DNA from: Rhynchobatus australiae
Lineage: Eukaryota
DNA length: 64,000 bases
NCBI GenBank assembly: GCA_034780895.1
Contig: JAUZTB010000011.1
Span: 48,051,843 to 48,115,842 of the forward strand
Direction: 5' to 3'
This document shows, one piece after another, positions 1-13,046 of the stretch (the first letter of the stretch is position 1; every line of letters begins with the position of its first letter). Below the pieces are notes generated by a model that made no database searches, was not told where the DNA came from, and saw only the letters and a program-made list of their open reading frames with translations. The translations under genes were made by a program, and so were the position numbers.

Positions 1-433
1 TGTCTTTGATTATCTATTGATTCCTTCTGTTTTTTTTACATATTTTCCTCTTTTGATGATGCCTCTTCTTTTTACTTCAGAGTCATTCTGATTTCAAATG
101 GGGGCTTTGCCTCTCTTGGAGCTGCACCTGACAATTCTGAGAATGGACCAGAGGTTGCACCTCCAATAATAGTCCACTCTGAAACATCCATGGCTGGGAT
201 CAGAAAAGTATGAAGAGAGTGAGTGCAAAGTAAAAATTTGTTCTCTGAAATAGAGTAGAATGCAAGTACAGAATCCTAACTGTTTAGGCTCATAAAGATG
301 AAAATTAGAACTGATCAAAACAGTCCAATATTTATGGTGCATTTCACTGTATCTCAATGCAATTCTTCATTAAATTGCTGAAGGCATAATATAAGTTTGA
401 AATGAAATTACTTCGCTGTGTATTATGTTATAT

Positions 434-1068
434 AAAGTCAAGGTCAAGTTTATTGTCATATGCGCAAGTACATGTATGCACAGCTGCAAATGAATAACTT
501 GCAGCAGCATCACAGGCACATAGCATCAGGAACACATTCACAAGAAAAACATAAGTTAAACATAAATTATACAAGAAAGAACACAATTAGAACGAAAGAA
601 ACAGAGTCCATTGTAGTGCAAAGTGATCATTGTTGCTATACTAAGTAGTGATTAGGATTGTGCAGGTTGATTCAAGAACCAAATGGTTGAAGGGAAGTAG
701 CTGTTCTTGAACCAGGTGGTGAGGGACTTCAGGCTTCTGTACCTCCTGCCTGATGGTAGTTGTGAGAAGATGGCATGGCCTGGATGGTGGGGATCTTTGA
801 TGATACATGTTGCCTTCTTGAGGCAGCGCCTCATGTAGATACTACCTATGGTGGGGAGGGATGTGCCAGTGATGTATTTGGCTGAGTCCACTACTTTCTG
901 AAGCTTCTTGTGTTTCTGCGCATTAATTGCTGTATCAGTCCATGATGTAACCAGTTATGATACTTTCTACATCTGTACATCTGTAGAAGTTTGTTGGAGT
1001 GTTCAGTGACATGCTGAACCTCCTTAATCTGCTAAGAAAATAAAGACACCAGCACACCTTCCTTGTGA
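434..1068 (-). mobile_element. Rex1/Babar-type LINE, 3' fragment
   Basis: ORF 652-891 (-) gives ...RRCLKKATCIIKDPHHPGHAIFSQLPSGRRYRSLKS.TT.FKNSYFPSTI, the C-terminus typical of Rex1-clade ORFs. The 3' UTR ends in aataaa plus a (cttga)n-like tail. Confidence 0.85.
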
Positions 1069-1604
1069 TGGTTGGAAATCAACATGACCACACAGCATAT
1101 GACTTTATTTTCTTTCCTCCAAGGATGTGACAGAGAATATTTTGAGAAATAGTGAAGTCTGTGTTTATGTCCCAAGTCTTTAAGATTGGTTTTATTTTAT
1201 AGTTAGATTGGAGACATTTGTCTTGCTTCATGTGCTACTCTATGCACAAGGGACTTATGCTGCATACAAATATTACTGTACAGGATAAGAAACTGTTCTC
1301 CAGTCCATCTGTCTCAACAAAATGAGTAATTCGCAGTCAGCCATGCCTACAAACATCTGACTTACCATGGTCTTATATTTTTCCACTTTATTTGCCTACA
1401 TTGCTTTCTGTATTCACGGCCCTCCTAATAATCTGACCAGACTGTCCATCTCTATTTTAGGATCAAGTCCTATGTTTATTGATGTTTCTACTAATTTGCT
1501 TCTATTATTGGATACAATTTATCTATTTACTCAAGAATCTTCAATTCTGGCTTCTTGTCAGATGCAACGTTAACTTAATTTTATATTTCAGTCCTTGTGC
1601 CTGC

Positions 1605-1850
1605 TTTGCCTGAAGGTGACTATTCTGTAGAACTGCAGTTTCAAGGTCATTGCCAACTATGAACACATACCTCTAGAGACGAAGGTATTGACAGGCTACT
1701 TAGCAAGGGTCATTTATCAGAAGCCCCCAAGCCCACAAAATTTAATGCTGGGAATACTAAGGGCAATTGTAGCTACTACACCAGCTGAGATCAGCTAAAT
1801 CATCCAAGGCAAGAAACCGAACATCTTCCATAGATGAAGCATTCAATACT
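1605..1850 (-). mobile_element. Old SINE-like repeat fragment (related segments near 11400-11540, 30250-30400, 46085-46380)
   Basis: Shared degenerate motifs such as ccagctgagatcagctaa and gacaggcta resemble a common shark/ray SINE. Family not identified. Confidence 0.35.
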
Positions 1851-3149
1851 AACATGCTATTTTTTAATCATTATTTACACCTTTACTTTGTTGCTCTATT
1901 CAGCTGGTCCACAAATGGGATGATGCCTTTGTTTAAAAAGTTGCTCATTATGTACACTCTGTTTTTGTTTCCCCTCGTTATTACTTGATCATCTTCATTA
2001 ATGTGCAGATAATTGGTATTTAAATATTCTCTATCACTACCTTTACAGGAGGAAGGGGACCTGAAATTTTTATAAAGTTGACATCAGGGATAAAATGACA
2101 GGATGATACTTATCAAACGGATTTGTTTGGAAGGAAGTAGTTTGTCACTTTTGACATTAGGTCATCCCTCTGGTGACTCAACACCAAAAGCAAAGCACAT
2201 GCTGAAAATACTAATTACTATTTATTGCCATGACTGATTAATACAGTTAATTTACAGAAAAAAATTATTGCATTTATTAATTTTCTCTGCTGCTCAGAGT
2301 AAATAGCAGCATTGGTGTAAAAAATTAGATGAAGGTTTGTACAAGTTAGGTGTGTGAAGTAATGATATAATAAATAATTGACATGAGTTTTAATCAAAAG
2401 AAAATACTTCTACGACAAAAGAATCAAGAGAAGCTATTGGGGAGATGTCCCTTCTTGTCTCCATGCTCCTTCTGCAATGAGTTACTCCGAGATATCATCA
2501 AGGAGTGGTGGCAGATTAGCTAATGCACCGCACTTAATGTGGGTATAACTGATCGATTTTAATGCTATGTACTTTTACTGTTGTATCCTTGAAGTTACTG
2601 TCAAGTCTAGGAGGGGTAATTTGGAGAAAACAATGCAGGGAAAAATCAGTACTGGTAGAAAATGGGAACATTATTGTTAGGGCTGTTTAACTATGCTCTG
2701 CTATTTTCTCCTTTTCTGAATCTGACAACTTTAGGTGAGGATGCAGGAAAAATCTAATTTGTCACCTCACTGCAATAATACAGGCAACAAGGAGAATAAA
2801 TCTTTCCGTGTTGCAAGTCTGTTCCAGCCTCTTGCATATTCAAGGAGACCAACAGAATGATAAAAGGTCCTTATCTATTTAATGAAAATTCATGACAATG
2901 TTTTAAAGACAATATGATGAGCTCAAGTGCAATTACAGAACATCTGCTGATATGTGGGTTTAAAGTGTAACTTTTTGACATGTGGAAGAGGTGGGGTGGG
3001 GAATGATGGGAGGACACTGGTAGTGGATGGGAAACCCATATATTTCTGCAGCACATCTATCAGTGGTTTTTTAACACAATCCTGCGTAAACGTGGTCTTT
3101 CATTGACCAGTAAGGAAAATAAGCTTGTTCAATTCATCTCCACCATTTA

Positions 3150-3900
3150 AAGAGACTTGGCCTGATGGACGTTGGCTATTCTCTGCATATAAGAGGAAGA
3201 AGCCTGCCACTAAGGTCAAGGCTAGAGGCAGGAGAATGGTGCCTCACATTTAATAATCTCATGTCTCTCACACTTGATCATCCTCATAGAAAAAGTGCTC
3301 TATCCACCCATACAGCACAGCCCATTACTGTCACCTATGGGTTTATTGTTTTCCTTCTTGCAGGGAAGACAGCAGAGGTGGCAAGGGGAAGTTAGAGAGC
3401 GAAGGGAGACGCTGGTGTGTAGTGTTGTATTGCCTGGCCATCACAGTTAAGCTGGTTACAGAATTCAGTATCATCTACCTTCTCTGCATTTGGTATTCAG
3501 ACATCACAACTATGCAAGAGCACATAGTGGAGACAGGGCCAGTAGAGTAAGTCTGTGCTGGAGGACATGGACGCTGCACCGTGGGGGTGGGGGTTGGGGT
3601 AGGGTGAGTGTCGATGAGCAGCCTACCTCTGAAGCAGGCTCACATTGAAAAATGTGTAAAGCCCTGGCACATGGTTGCAGAGAAGCTGGTGGAGTTCATT
3701 TCAAGCATGATTGGTGTGATGTTACAGGGCTTTGGCATGATGCATGGAGCAACAAACCTGGCATCACATGAGTACATGCAGGCCCTTGGCAAGGAGTTAA
3801 ACATAATGGATGTCACATGAAAAGAATTCTTTATACTTGAAATGAACTCCAGGATGGCTGTGATGCCTGCCAGGGCATTGCACATGCTGATGGTGTTCTT
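3150..3900 (+). mobile_element. Possible decayed PIF/Harbinger Myb/SANT-like accessory gene
   Basis: GC-richer island with WCLTFNNLM (resembles QCRKKFNDL of Myb/SANT), then an acceptor-like ttttccttcttgcag at about 3349-3363, then two in-frame ORFs (3608-3820, 3842-4111) split by one stop. Resemblance only. Confidence 0.35.
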
Positions 3901-4802
3901 TTTGGATTTTGTTATTACTGGGGAAGCTCTTCAAGTCTGCTGTACAGAGAAGGGACATCTGGCAATCCCATGCTGGCAGCATGTGTGTTCTGATTCTGAG
4001 CCATACAAAACTGCTGCTGCAGAAGGATGGACACAAGGCAGAACGATAAACTTTTCCAGAGCCCAAAGCTGTACCTGCAGTTTTTGGAAAAGCAACACAA
4101 AGAGACCCTGATTCTGCACAAACCAAGTGTTGAAGTTTTGTCACTATCTGTAACCCATTGTTACAACATACATAAACTTTCCCTGTTCTATCCAACTCGC
4201 AACTGGAGACAACCATATAGAGGATCTGCATGACCAAACACTAAAGTACAATCTTCTGGACTCACCACAATATTCAACCCAAGTTCTTCTGACTGTTGGG
4301 TTTCCTAGCAATAGTGGAATGAGCAAAGAGGAAGCTGAGAGGCTGTTATCTTGAGAAAGACCACTGGTGCTGCTTTAATTTTGTCACATTAAACTTCCTT
4401 GGGTTAATAGCATATCACATTCATTAAATTTTGGTGTTTGGGTATTTACTGAGCCAGAAGTCATCTGATGGAAATAGGAGTTTCCTGCCAGGACTGACTT
4501 GGTTTATTAGTAGTTCTGCACACCTTGATGCAGTTCCCTTCTTCTCTGAAGTTGTTCTGACATTGAGTGATGAAAAGAATGCACTGATACTTCAAGAGGT
4601 ACAGATACCATGGGAGCACCGAAGGACTTCTCAACCTCTCAAATGGGCAAATTGGCTAAATGGAGCAAATCACAATGATAGTTGGTGATTTGAGGTATGA
4701 CTCTGGTAAAGTTTTAGACCTCTCAGCTATCTCACATTACATATGTGACAAAATAAAATCAACCCTATAATGGAACTACGTTGCTGCTAGCTGTCTGCAA
4801 AG

Positions 4803-5138
4803 TGACGCCTCTCCGGCACCACCTCAGATCAGGTTCAAGAATAGCTACTTCCCTTCAATCATTCGGTTCTTGAACCAACCGGAAAAACCCTAATCACTAC
4901 AGTTTAGCAACACTACAACCAAACTGATCACTTTGCACTAAAATAGACTTTGTTTTATTTTGTTCTAATTCCTTTTTTCGTTCTAAAGATAGTGCATAAT
5001 TTCTGTTTAATTTATGTTTTTCTTGTGAACGCTGCTTATATGNNNNNNNNNNNNNNNNNGCTGAAAGTAAATTTTTCATTGTACCTGTGCATACATGTAA
5101 TTGAGCATATGACAATAAACTCGATTTTGACTTTGACT
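4803..5138 (+). mobile_element. Rex1/Babar-type LINE 3' end
   Basis: Reverse-complement similarity to 434-720 (aggttcaagaatagctacttcccttcaa...cactttgcacta...tatgacaataaac...ttgactttgact). Confidence 0.8.
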
Positions 5139-5194
5139 TTCTTACTGAGACTTATAACTGGACATGTCATAGCATTTCATTTCCCCTTCCCATT

Positions 5195-5515
5195 CCCACA
5201 CTGACCTATTCATCTAGTGCATTCCCCATTGTCAGGGTGAGGCCCAATGAAAACTAGAGGAAAAACACTTCATATTCTGCCTGGGTGGTCTACAACCCAA
5301 TGGCATGGACATTGAGTTTTCCAATTTCAGATAAACCCTCCAGTGGATTATTTCCCCCTTCCCTCTTTCCCCCAACCCCACTCTCACCTTCCAATTCTAC
5401 TCCAATCCTCTGATTTTTGTCCCCTTTCTAAGGTTTTTACCTGAAACGTTGACTATTTCTGTCCTCTAACAGATGCTGCTCAACCTGCTGATTTCCTCCA
5501 GCAGATTGTTTGTTG
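5195..5515 (+). mobile_element. Penelope-like element 3' fragment with pseudo-LTR
   Basis: aaactagaggaaaaacacttcatattctgcctgggtggtctacaacccaatggcatggacattgag is the end of a Penelope GIY-YIG ORF (RKLEEQHLIFRLG.LQP.GMN-like), followed by the gatgctgc..acctgctga..tcctccagca terminal motif. Confidence 0.75.
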
Positions 5516-8500
5516 AACTGGACATGTTGCATATCTAATGAAAAAAACCTATTAAGGAATTAAGTTGCCTAGTGGTCTTTTTACATGAATTAAATTCCTT
5601 ATTTTTGGGGCAAGTTATTTTACACATTGTTTTAAAAAATGGAATTTTTCCATTCCAGCCACTGTGTCAGTATCAAGCTCCCTCATTTGCCTTCCAGTCC
5701 GATGCAAATCAGAGATCAGATTTCATCCCAGAAAAGAGAACTTGTTTGTATGAAAATTGTGAATGTAAATACAAAGGAGAGTTATTCTGCTGCAAATAAT
5801 TTTAAAATAAACATTGCCTTTATGAATCTGAACTTCACAGCAGCATTTCTCTTCCACTTGGACAACTTTTTCCTTTATGCAAAGAGCCATCCTTATGGGG
5901 CCTCATAGATTGCCAATTAGTGCTGATTAATGGAGAGTACATTCCTGGAACTAACACCTACTGTGTAATTGCCTGAAAAAAAATCTGACTAGGTTGCATA
6001 GAGGGTTTTATAGTCTCTGAAGAGCTTTTATCCCAACCTCTTACACTGTCTCTAAATTGTCTGACATCTAGTATTGGAGGAGAAGAAATTTTCTCCAGCT
6101 AAATATTTGGGAGATTATAGCAGTTGTCTTTGGTCACTGCTACAAAGTCAGTTTGCCATCATACCTTTCCCTAAGATAAAATCAATTGTAAATTCTATGC
6201 TTTGGTTGATCCTAACTTGAACAACAAATCACATTTCTGCACTATTGTTCAGATGCCTTGTTCCATCTTCGACTGAGCTATATAAACAGGTACGAAGGCA
6301 AATGAACTTACATCGTTAAAGGTAGATTTTAAGGAATGACCTAGAGGAAAGACACGTGGCAAGGGATCTTTGAGACTTTTTACTATGATAAAGGTGCTTT
6401 GTATATACAGTACTGTTTACATCTTCAATGACGAGATTCAAACTCAGAATTTATACACAGTGAATGTGATCTTCAGAATTACTGGATCAACTCGTCCTAT
6501 TTCACCTTCTCATTATTTTCCAACCTTTCTTTTGTGTTCGTTTTCCTTTGTATCCTGCTTTTGAAAGCTGAAATTCTGGGATCTGTTCTGCAGATTGTTC
6601 TGGCCTTTTGAACATTGTCCAAGTGATCTATCAATATCCATGTGGAGAATCAATTTGTTAAACTTTAAGATTTGTTAATTCTGATGGTGGGTTGCACCCA
6701 AAATGTTGACTAAGTGTTGTTTTCACAATAGTGATTGATCTGAAAATGACAAATATTTACTTCTTTTTGATTTAGAGTTGCAGTGTTTTGCTTTGAAGTC
6801 ACTATTCTTTGAACGTGAACCATACTGATGAATATGACAGGTTGTAATTGGGATGCTTATAAATTTGGTAATTTGGTTTCCATTTTAGCCAAGCCTTCTC
6901 TTGACCATTGATCCATTCTCATCTTCGTTAGGAGCAGGAGACTGGCTGACTTATGGGTATGCCGGATTTCAGGCTTGGGAAGCACTGAATCTACATCACT
7001 CAATATGATGTTATGAAACATTTACCAACATAGAAAGGCCTCAAGGATTCCTTTCCTTAGCATGGTTCTTAAGGAATCGGAATATGATATCCCCTTCCCA
7101 TTTTGGATTGAATTGGACTTGAAATTATTAAGCACAGTAACCTGTGTGGAGAACAGCAGCCCTTCAAATCTGGGACTCTGGCCTTCAAACACTGTACCAC
7201 TGTGAGAGGGTGTTGAAAACACTAATTTTTCTAATTACATTAGTATCTCAGAATCTCTAAACTATCCTAATCTTGCACAAATAATTAGCAATTAAGATAA
7301 GACTTTTAAAAATAAATAATAATTTTTATCAGGATCAATCTAGTGAACAACAAAACTATTGAATTTTTTAATTTGTTTTATTTGAGGAGGAATGGAGCTT
7401 TAACTGGGCAAGGGTGTAAATTGTCCAGTTCACAGAAATCCTGATTAAGCAGAACATTCCCCAGGGGACCAGTTATGCATTTATTGACAATGCAGCAACA
7501 CCACTCACTATACTGTAATTAATATGGATTACGCTGTTTAGTACACGAATGTTTAAAGAAATGCCAATGATAGTTTGGAAAAAAAGGTTGGAATATATTA
7601 AAAGGCTATTTGAACAATGTCTTTGAAATGCAGCCAAGATGAGGGTGAAGAGAATATTCTCTTTGTAAATCTACATGCTATTGCTGAAAGGCAGCTATAT
7701 TACTTAACTATTCCATCAATAACAGTCTGCATCCAAACTCATTAAATGTGGGCTCAGAGCAATATCTTGCAGAGACCAAAGATCATCCTTCACAATCTCA
7801 TAGCAACAGACACATAAACTGTGGCTCATTACCAGCTTGCTACAATAATNNNNNNNNNNNNNNNNNNNNNNNNNNNNNNNNNNNNNNNNNNNNNNNNNNN
7901 NNNNNNNNNNNNNNNNNNNNNNNNNNNNNNNNNNNNNNNNNNNNNNNNNNNNNNNNNNNNNNNNNNNNNNNNNNNNNNNNNNNNNNNTGCTATGCAGAAA
8001 TAGCTTTTACCTATTTTGTTTTATTTACCCTTGGAAAAAAACAGTAAAAACAGGTTTCAGTTGGTCATTTCTTAACGTGCCCTAATAATGTTCTGATGAT
8101 GTGAATAATATATCATAGTGTCTGAGATCTGAAAAAATTCCCAATGCTGTACATTAATATCAAACTTAAAAGTTGGAGACTTTAGCTATTTTATATTGCT
8201 CTTGCTTCATTTCAAATTCCTGGAACCAGGGCTCCCAGAATCCAAACCAAAAGGATATAAAAGCAACTTGAGAGTGAACAAAATCTGCTTTGTCTACAAC
8301 AGATGATTTTACTTTACAACTAGGCTCCTTTTCAAGGCAATCAACTGACCACCAATCAGTTTTACACTCAACTTCTTTCTGATGTCCCTTTCACAGAACT
8401 ACTTCACCCAGAAATGCTTCTGGAATGTTTAAGTGCTGCTAGTGCTACAGTATGCAGATTAGTCTCACTTCACTGCAGAGCGGACTCTACATCTTTCACT

Positions 8501-8589
8501 CCTGGCTGCGAGAACTTGTCCATTTATTGTGATTGCTGAGCCTACTTCATCCTGTGGAGGAATAATATTTACCTGCTTGCATCATAATA

Positions 8590-9400
8590 CAACATAAGTG
8601 GACAAGGTTCGAAGAAAAAAGATGGATATTAAGGGAAGTGTTAAAGGGGATGAGACAGAAAGATGTAGTAAGAGGCTTACAGATATGGGGTTGAACATTA
8701 GGGCACGTTGAATGTGTTGTATGCAAGAGTGTGGAATTGGAAAATGAAGAGAGTTTAGGGGGAAGGTTGTAGAAAGATGCAGAGAATGGGAGGGGTAAGG
8801 CTATGGATGATTTGAACATTTGAAAAAGAATTTTTATTTCAAAGTCTTGAGGGACCAAGAGCCAATGTCAGCTGGCAGTGGCAAGCGTAATAAATAAGAT
8901 CTTGTTGACAAGAATTTTAAAAGAGCTGAAATTTATAGAGGATTAAGAAATAAGAGTTTGCTAGAAAGTACTGAAATAGTAGATTCTGGGGGAAACATGG
9001 GAATGGGTGATGTTTTATCAATGGAGTGTGATTGCACTGGTGATTATAATCAAGGAAGACATAAGGTAACAGGTTCAGTTAAGGGCCAAACAACATGTGA
9101 CTTTTGGACAGTGTGGCTTGGCTTGAGACAACAGCTGGGAGGGCCTTCAGTTAGTGGCAAGGATTACAGAAATTGCTGTCAGGCCTGGTTTGGACAATGG
9201 GAGATGGTGATGCTGAATCAGTACTGGCTGCTGAATGGGTATTTAAACAACACGGAGTTTGTGCAAGGGTGGGGAGGCAAGAAAAGGATGAAAGGGGCAG
9301 AATTGCAAGTAACAGTTGAAGCTAAACCCCATGTCTATTGATGATATCACTGAGGGGCATCATGTAGAGGAAAACAAAACAGCTGAATTTCAGCTTTGGA
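8590..9400 (-). mobile_element. Highly decayed L2/CR1-group LINE fragment
   Basis: Purine-rich plus strand with motifs (gggagggtaaggctatggatgatttgaaca, agccaatgtcag) like the antisense of L2 3' regions; similar to 39330-40720. Confidence 0.5.
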
Positions 9401-9649
9401 GGTACCTTTACACTCCTCCAGTAATAGTGCTGCCTCTTTTACATCGCCCCATCAGAATGCATGCCATTGATAATGCTTAAATAGACATAAAGTCAGGTGT
9501 TGTCTGTACTGAAAGTGTACAGCAACATCAATAGCATCATGGCACTGGATGCAAGGCCCCACCTAAACTGCATCAGCAAAACAATTGGGACCTAATGCCT
9601 GCTTTGAATTCAGTAAGATGGCCAATCCTGACCTCAGAGCTATTTTCCT

Positions 9650-9925
9650 GCTCTAACTAAATATTCCATGATAACTTTACCAACTAAACATTTATCAATA
9701 TTGTCTTGTGCACCCAGCAACTGATCCTCCACAGTTCTCTTTGAATAGAGAATTCCAAAGATTCACTGCCCTCTGGGTAAAGAAATGTCTTCTCATCTCT
9801 GACCTAAATGGCAGGCTCCTTATTTTCAGACTGTGACCCCTGATTCTAGACACCTTGCCAGGGAAAACAGTAACTACACAACTACCCTGTCAAGAACCAT
9901 AGGAATTTTGTATGTTGCAATGTGG
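9650..9925 (-). mobile_element. CR1 LINE 3' fragment
   Basis: tagagaattccaaagattcactgccctctgggtaaagaaatgtcttctcatctc is the antisense of the CR1 ORF2 end (EMRRNFFTQRVVNLWNSL-like). Confidence 0.8.
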
Positions 9926-12900
9926 AGAAGAATGTAGTTTTGTTAATTGTAGTACTTGGCAGAAATCATGAGGCTTATTTATTTCTGGGAGGATAAACGA
10001 TTTAAAGTACATAAAAACACATTAGAATTTTTTAAAACATTTAAATCAGGCCATTGTCATGCGTGTGAAGTTGGTTTATTTTAGGAACTATTGTTTTTAT
10101 TTTAATACCTATCCCTGTGTGTTCTGCAGTTCATTGCTCTAATCCAGAGCAGTGATTGGTTCAGTTCATGGNNNNNNNNNNNNNNNNNNNNNNNNNNNNN
10201 NNNNNNNNNNNNNNNNNNNNNNNNNNNNNNNNNNNNNNNNNNNNNNNNNNNNNNNNNNNNNNNNNNNNNNNAGCAGTGATTGGTTCAGTTCATGGGGTCT
10301 TTTGCAAAAACAGGTCTGACTGCAGTCTCAGATTGGATGGGCAGATGGCAAACCCCAGGAGTGGATGAGTAGGAGGCCCTAGACCGCAGGACCAGCCAAA
10401 AGAAAGGTGAGAAACAGCCGGAGCCACTGCAAGAAAAGTCAGCGATTTTGAGAGCAGGGATGGGTGAGGTGATCCACCCACTGAGGTAGAGGTCTGGTAT
10501 TATGGGATGTGAAATCTCTGTAATATTGCAGTTTAGACAGAGTCATGATTACATGGCCTTTTGCAAAAACTGAAAGGTGATTGACGGCTTCATTTTGATT
10601 TTTGCCAATAGCTTTGTAAGAATTTTATTTATACTGATATCTGAGCATTTCACACTGCAATTCAAAGTAACATCTTCAAAAAGTAATAATGGTGGAAATA
10701 TATTTTAAAAAATACTGATTGAACAATATAACAGTTGGGCTACATACCTTCAAAGGCTGAGAAGCTTTTGCTTATTTCAGATTTGCTGTTTTTTAAAATT
10801 TTTATCTGAACTTTGAAGGGAACTTGGTGACTGCCCAACCAAACAGCCAGCTTCACCCAGTGTATAAATGCAACCAAACACACACAACAAACTAAGCTCT
10901 GTGGTTGCACTGTCAATGAACAGAAGGATAATTTATTATTGATGTCAATTTTAAATTAGTATCGCATAGTGAATACATCCCATTCACCACTACTCAACTT
11001 CTGAGGGCCTTTCGCTAGAAATCAATTATGCAATGAGGGACAGGTGTTTTTAGTCACACTGGTCAGTCTGGACAGTGCTAGGACAGTGCTTTAGAACAAT
11101 TGAATAAAGGAATGATGGAAGCCTCAGCAAAGTGAGGTCCCAGTGAGTACATATATATTTCTAAAAGTAATTTTCTACCCTATATTGTATCAACATCTTA
11201 AGAGTTAAACTGTGAGTTGGCCTTGTAGTAATTTATATAAATAAATAAATGTGTTTGATACAAAGTGATGCACAATTTCTGGCACTGACACAAAATGTAT
11301 TTTAATGAATTTTCAACCCAATTAACACAGCTCCTTATTTTCCTCTTCCACTGTTGAATTCCTGATTCATTCTGGGCTATTACTATATAGGCACATGAAT
11401 CCCTCTGGTACCCCAGAGTCCAATCAGTGTTGTCAGGCTATAGAGTGGTGGGAGCAATAAATGGATTCTTCCCCATTCAACACCCATGTTAATCAGAGAA
11501 GGGAATCTTGCCTAATTCTCCTCTTCTTAGATTGGAAAGTGAAGGGATAGATTCCAGAAAATTCTGGCAAAACAATACTTACAGTTCCTTCATTATTCCA
11601 ACTCCTAAGTAAGTTGCTAGTTTTGTTCCTGTTTTCTGTGGAATTTTTCTTTTACAAGTTCTACAAACTATTACATTTGTCAATGAACAGATCTTTTCTC
11701 ATAATTGCAAAAGTGATAGTTAGAGATGTTGGAAGAAGCTCCAGTGTGTAAAGAGCTCATGAAATTGATCCAGCAGAAGGAATGAACTTAAAGTCAAATT
11801 TTCCAGCCTTTTCCTGAGTGGAGGACAAAAGCCAAGCTTCTGACCCAGCCCTGGTGCTGACGATTTTGTATCCCGCTACCAACCATCAACCCACCCCTCC
11901 CTCCTTCCCCCAGTGTGGTTGGTGTGGTCAAAAATTGATTTGAAGTCAGGTGAATCAAAGGTTATTTCAGGCTTTGAGTTCAAACAGGAATTAACTCTTT
12001 GATGCCAGGATTACTATCAAGTGGCAGAATATCTTAGTCTACCTAAAAAGATATTGGCATCACACAGTAACTTCTTTCTTCTATTGATAGAGTCATTGAA
12101 GCCTATGGAAAAAGTGACTTTCTCAGTATGGCTCATAAACTGATGTTTGGTTTCTGCAGATAAACTAAAAATCTTAGGCATGCTTATGAGCCCAAGATCT
12201 GAGTCTTTAATTCCAGATTCTACCAATCACGGAGCTAGGCATTCTGCCAAGAGGCTGAGGTTAGCAGTGCTCTCTGAGTGCACAAACTGTTTTCAATCTC
12301 TGCCATAAATAATAAGATATTTTTGTAATAAATCAGATAATGACCACGATCTAATGTGACTGACAGGTGACTTTCCAGGGCTCTGGAGCTTCAATTTTTT
12401 TTAGATTATAACATTGCGTAAATTAAGAATTGTTTTTTCAAACCAGCTCCCAGGCAGCTAGAACACTGACTGAAATTTAAAGAACTTCATTAGATCACCT
12501 AGGTTTTCTTCATTAGATCACCTGTGACTCAGGTTTTAACTGTTTTTGTAGATTCCCTGGAATAAATTTTAAAAAAGACTTCACTACAAGTAAAACATCT
12601 GCACCATGCAAGAACTGGGGACTGAGAAGGAGGTGGTCCAGGGTAGCTTTCTCAGTGGTACAACTTATTTTTCAATGAGAAGATGATCTGATGCTCTAAC
12701 ACAAAGTGACATCTGTCTAAGTTTTGTGTGACATATGGGGCAGGTCTCTGTGGTTTTAAAAAGGATGACCTTTGGGTTAGGGACTCTAAATGTTGCTAAT
12801 GTTTATATAGTCTGGCAGAACCAAGGAATCAACAGAAGAAGGGAGTCACAACTGAAACAAATCACACTACCACTTGAGACTACCACAGCTTTGTGGTGGA

Positions 12901-13004
12901 GACTGGCAAGGCACAAGTTCCAAGAGTATGTGCCTTACAATTTCAGCTGTCTGTAAGTGTATTGAGAGGTGTGGTATAGGAATCACTGTCACCTTTTCCT
13001 TGCT

Positions 13005-13007
13005 ACA

Positions 13008-13046
<39 letters not shown>
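13005..13046. repeat. (TC)15 microsatellite flanked by short (AC) runs
   Basis: Seen directly. Confidence 0.95.

Noticed and set aside
11840-11950. Weak hairpin (accaacca...tggttggt), and similar short ones near 7402-7430 and 21450-21522
   Set aside because: Stems are short and heavily interrupted, consistent with chance or very old MITE remnants.
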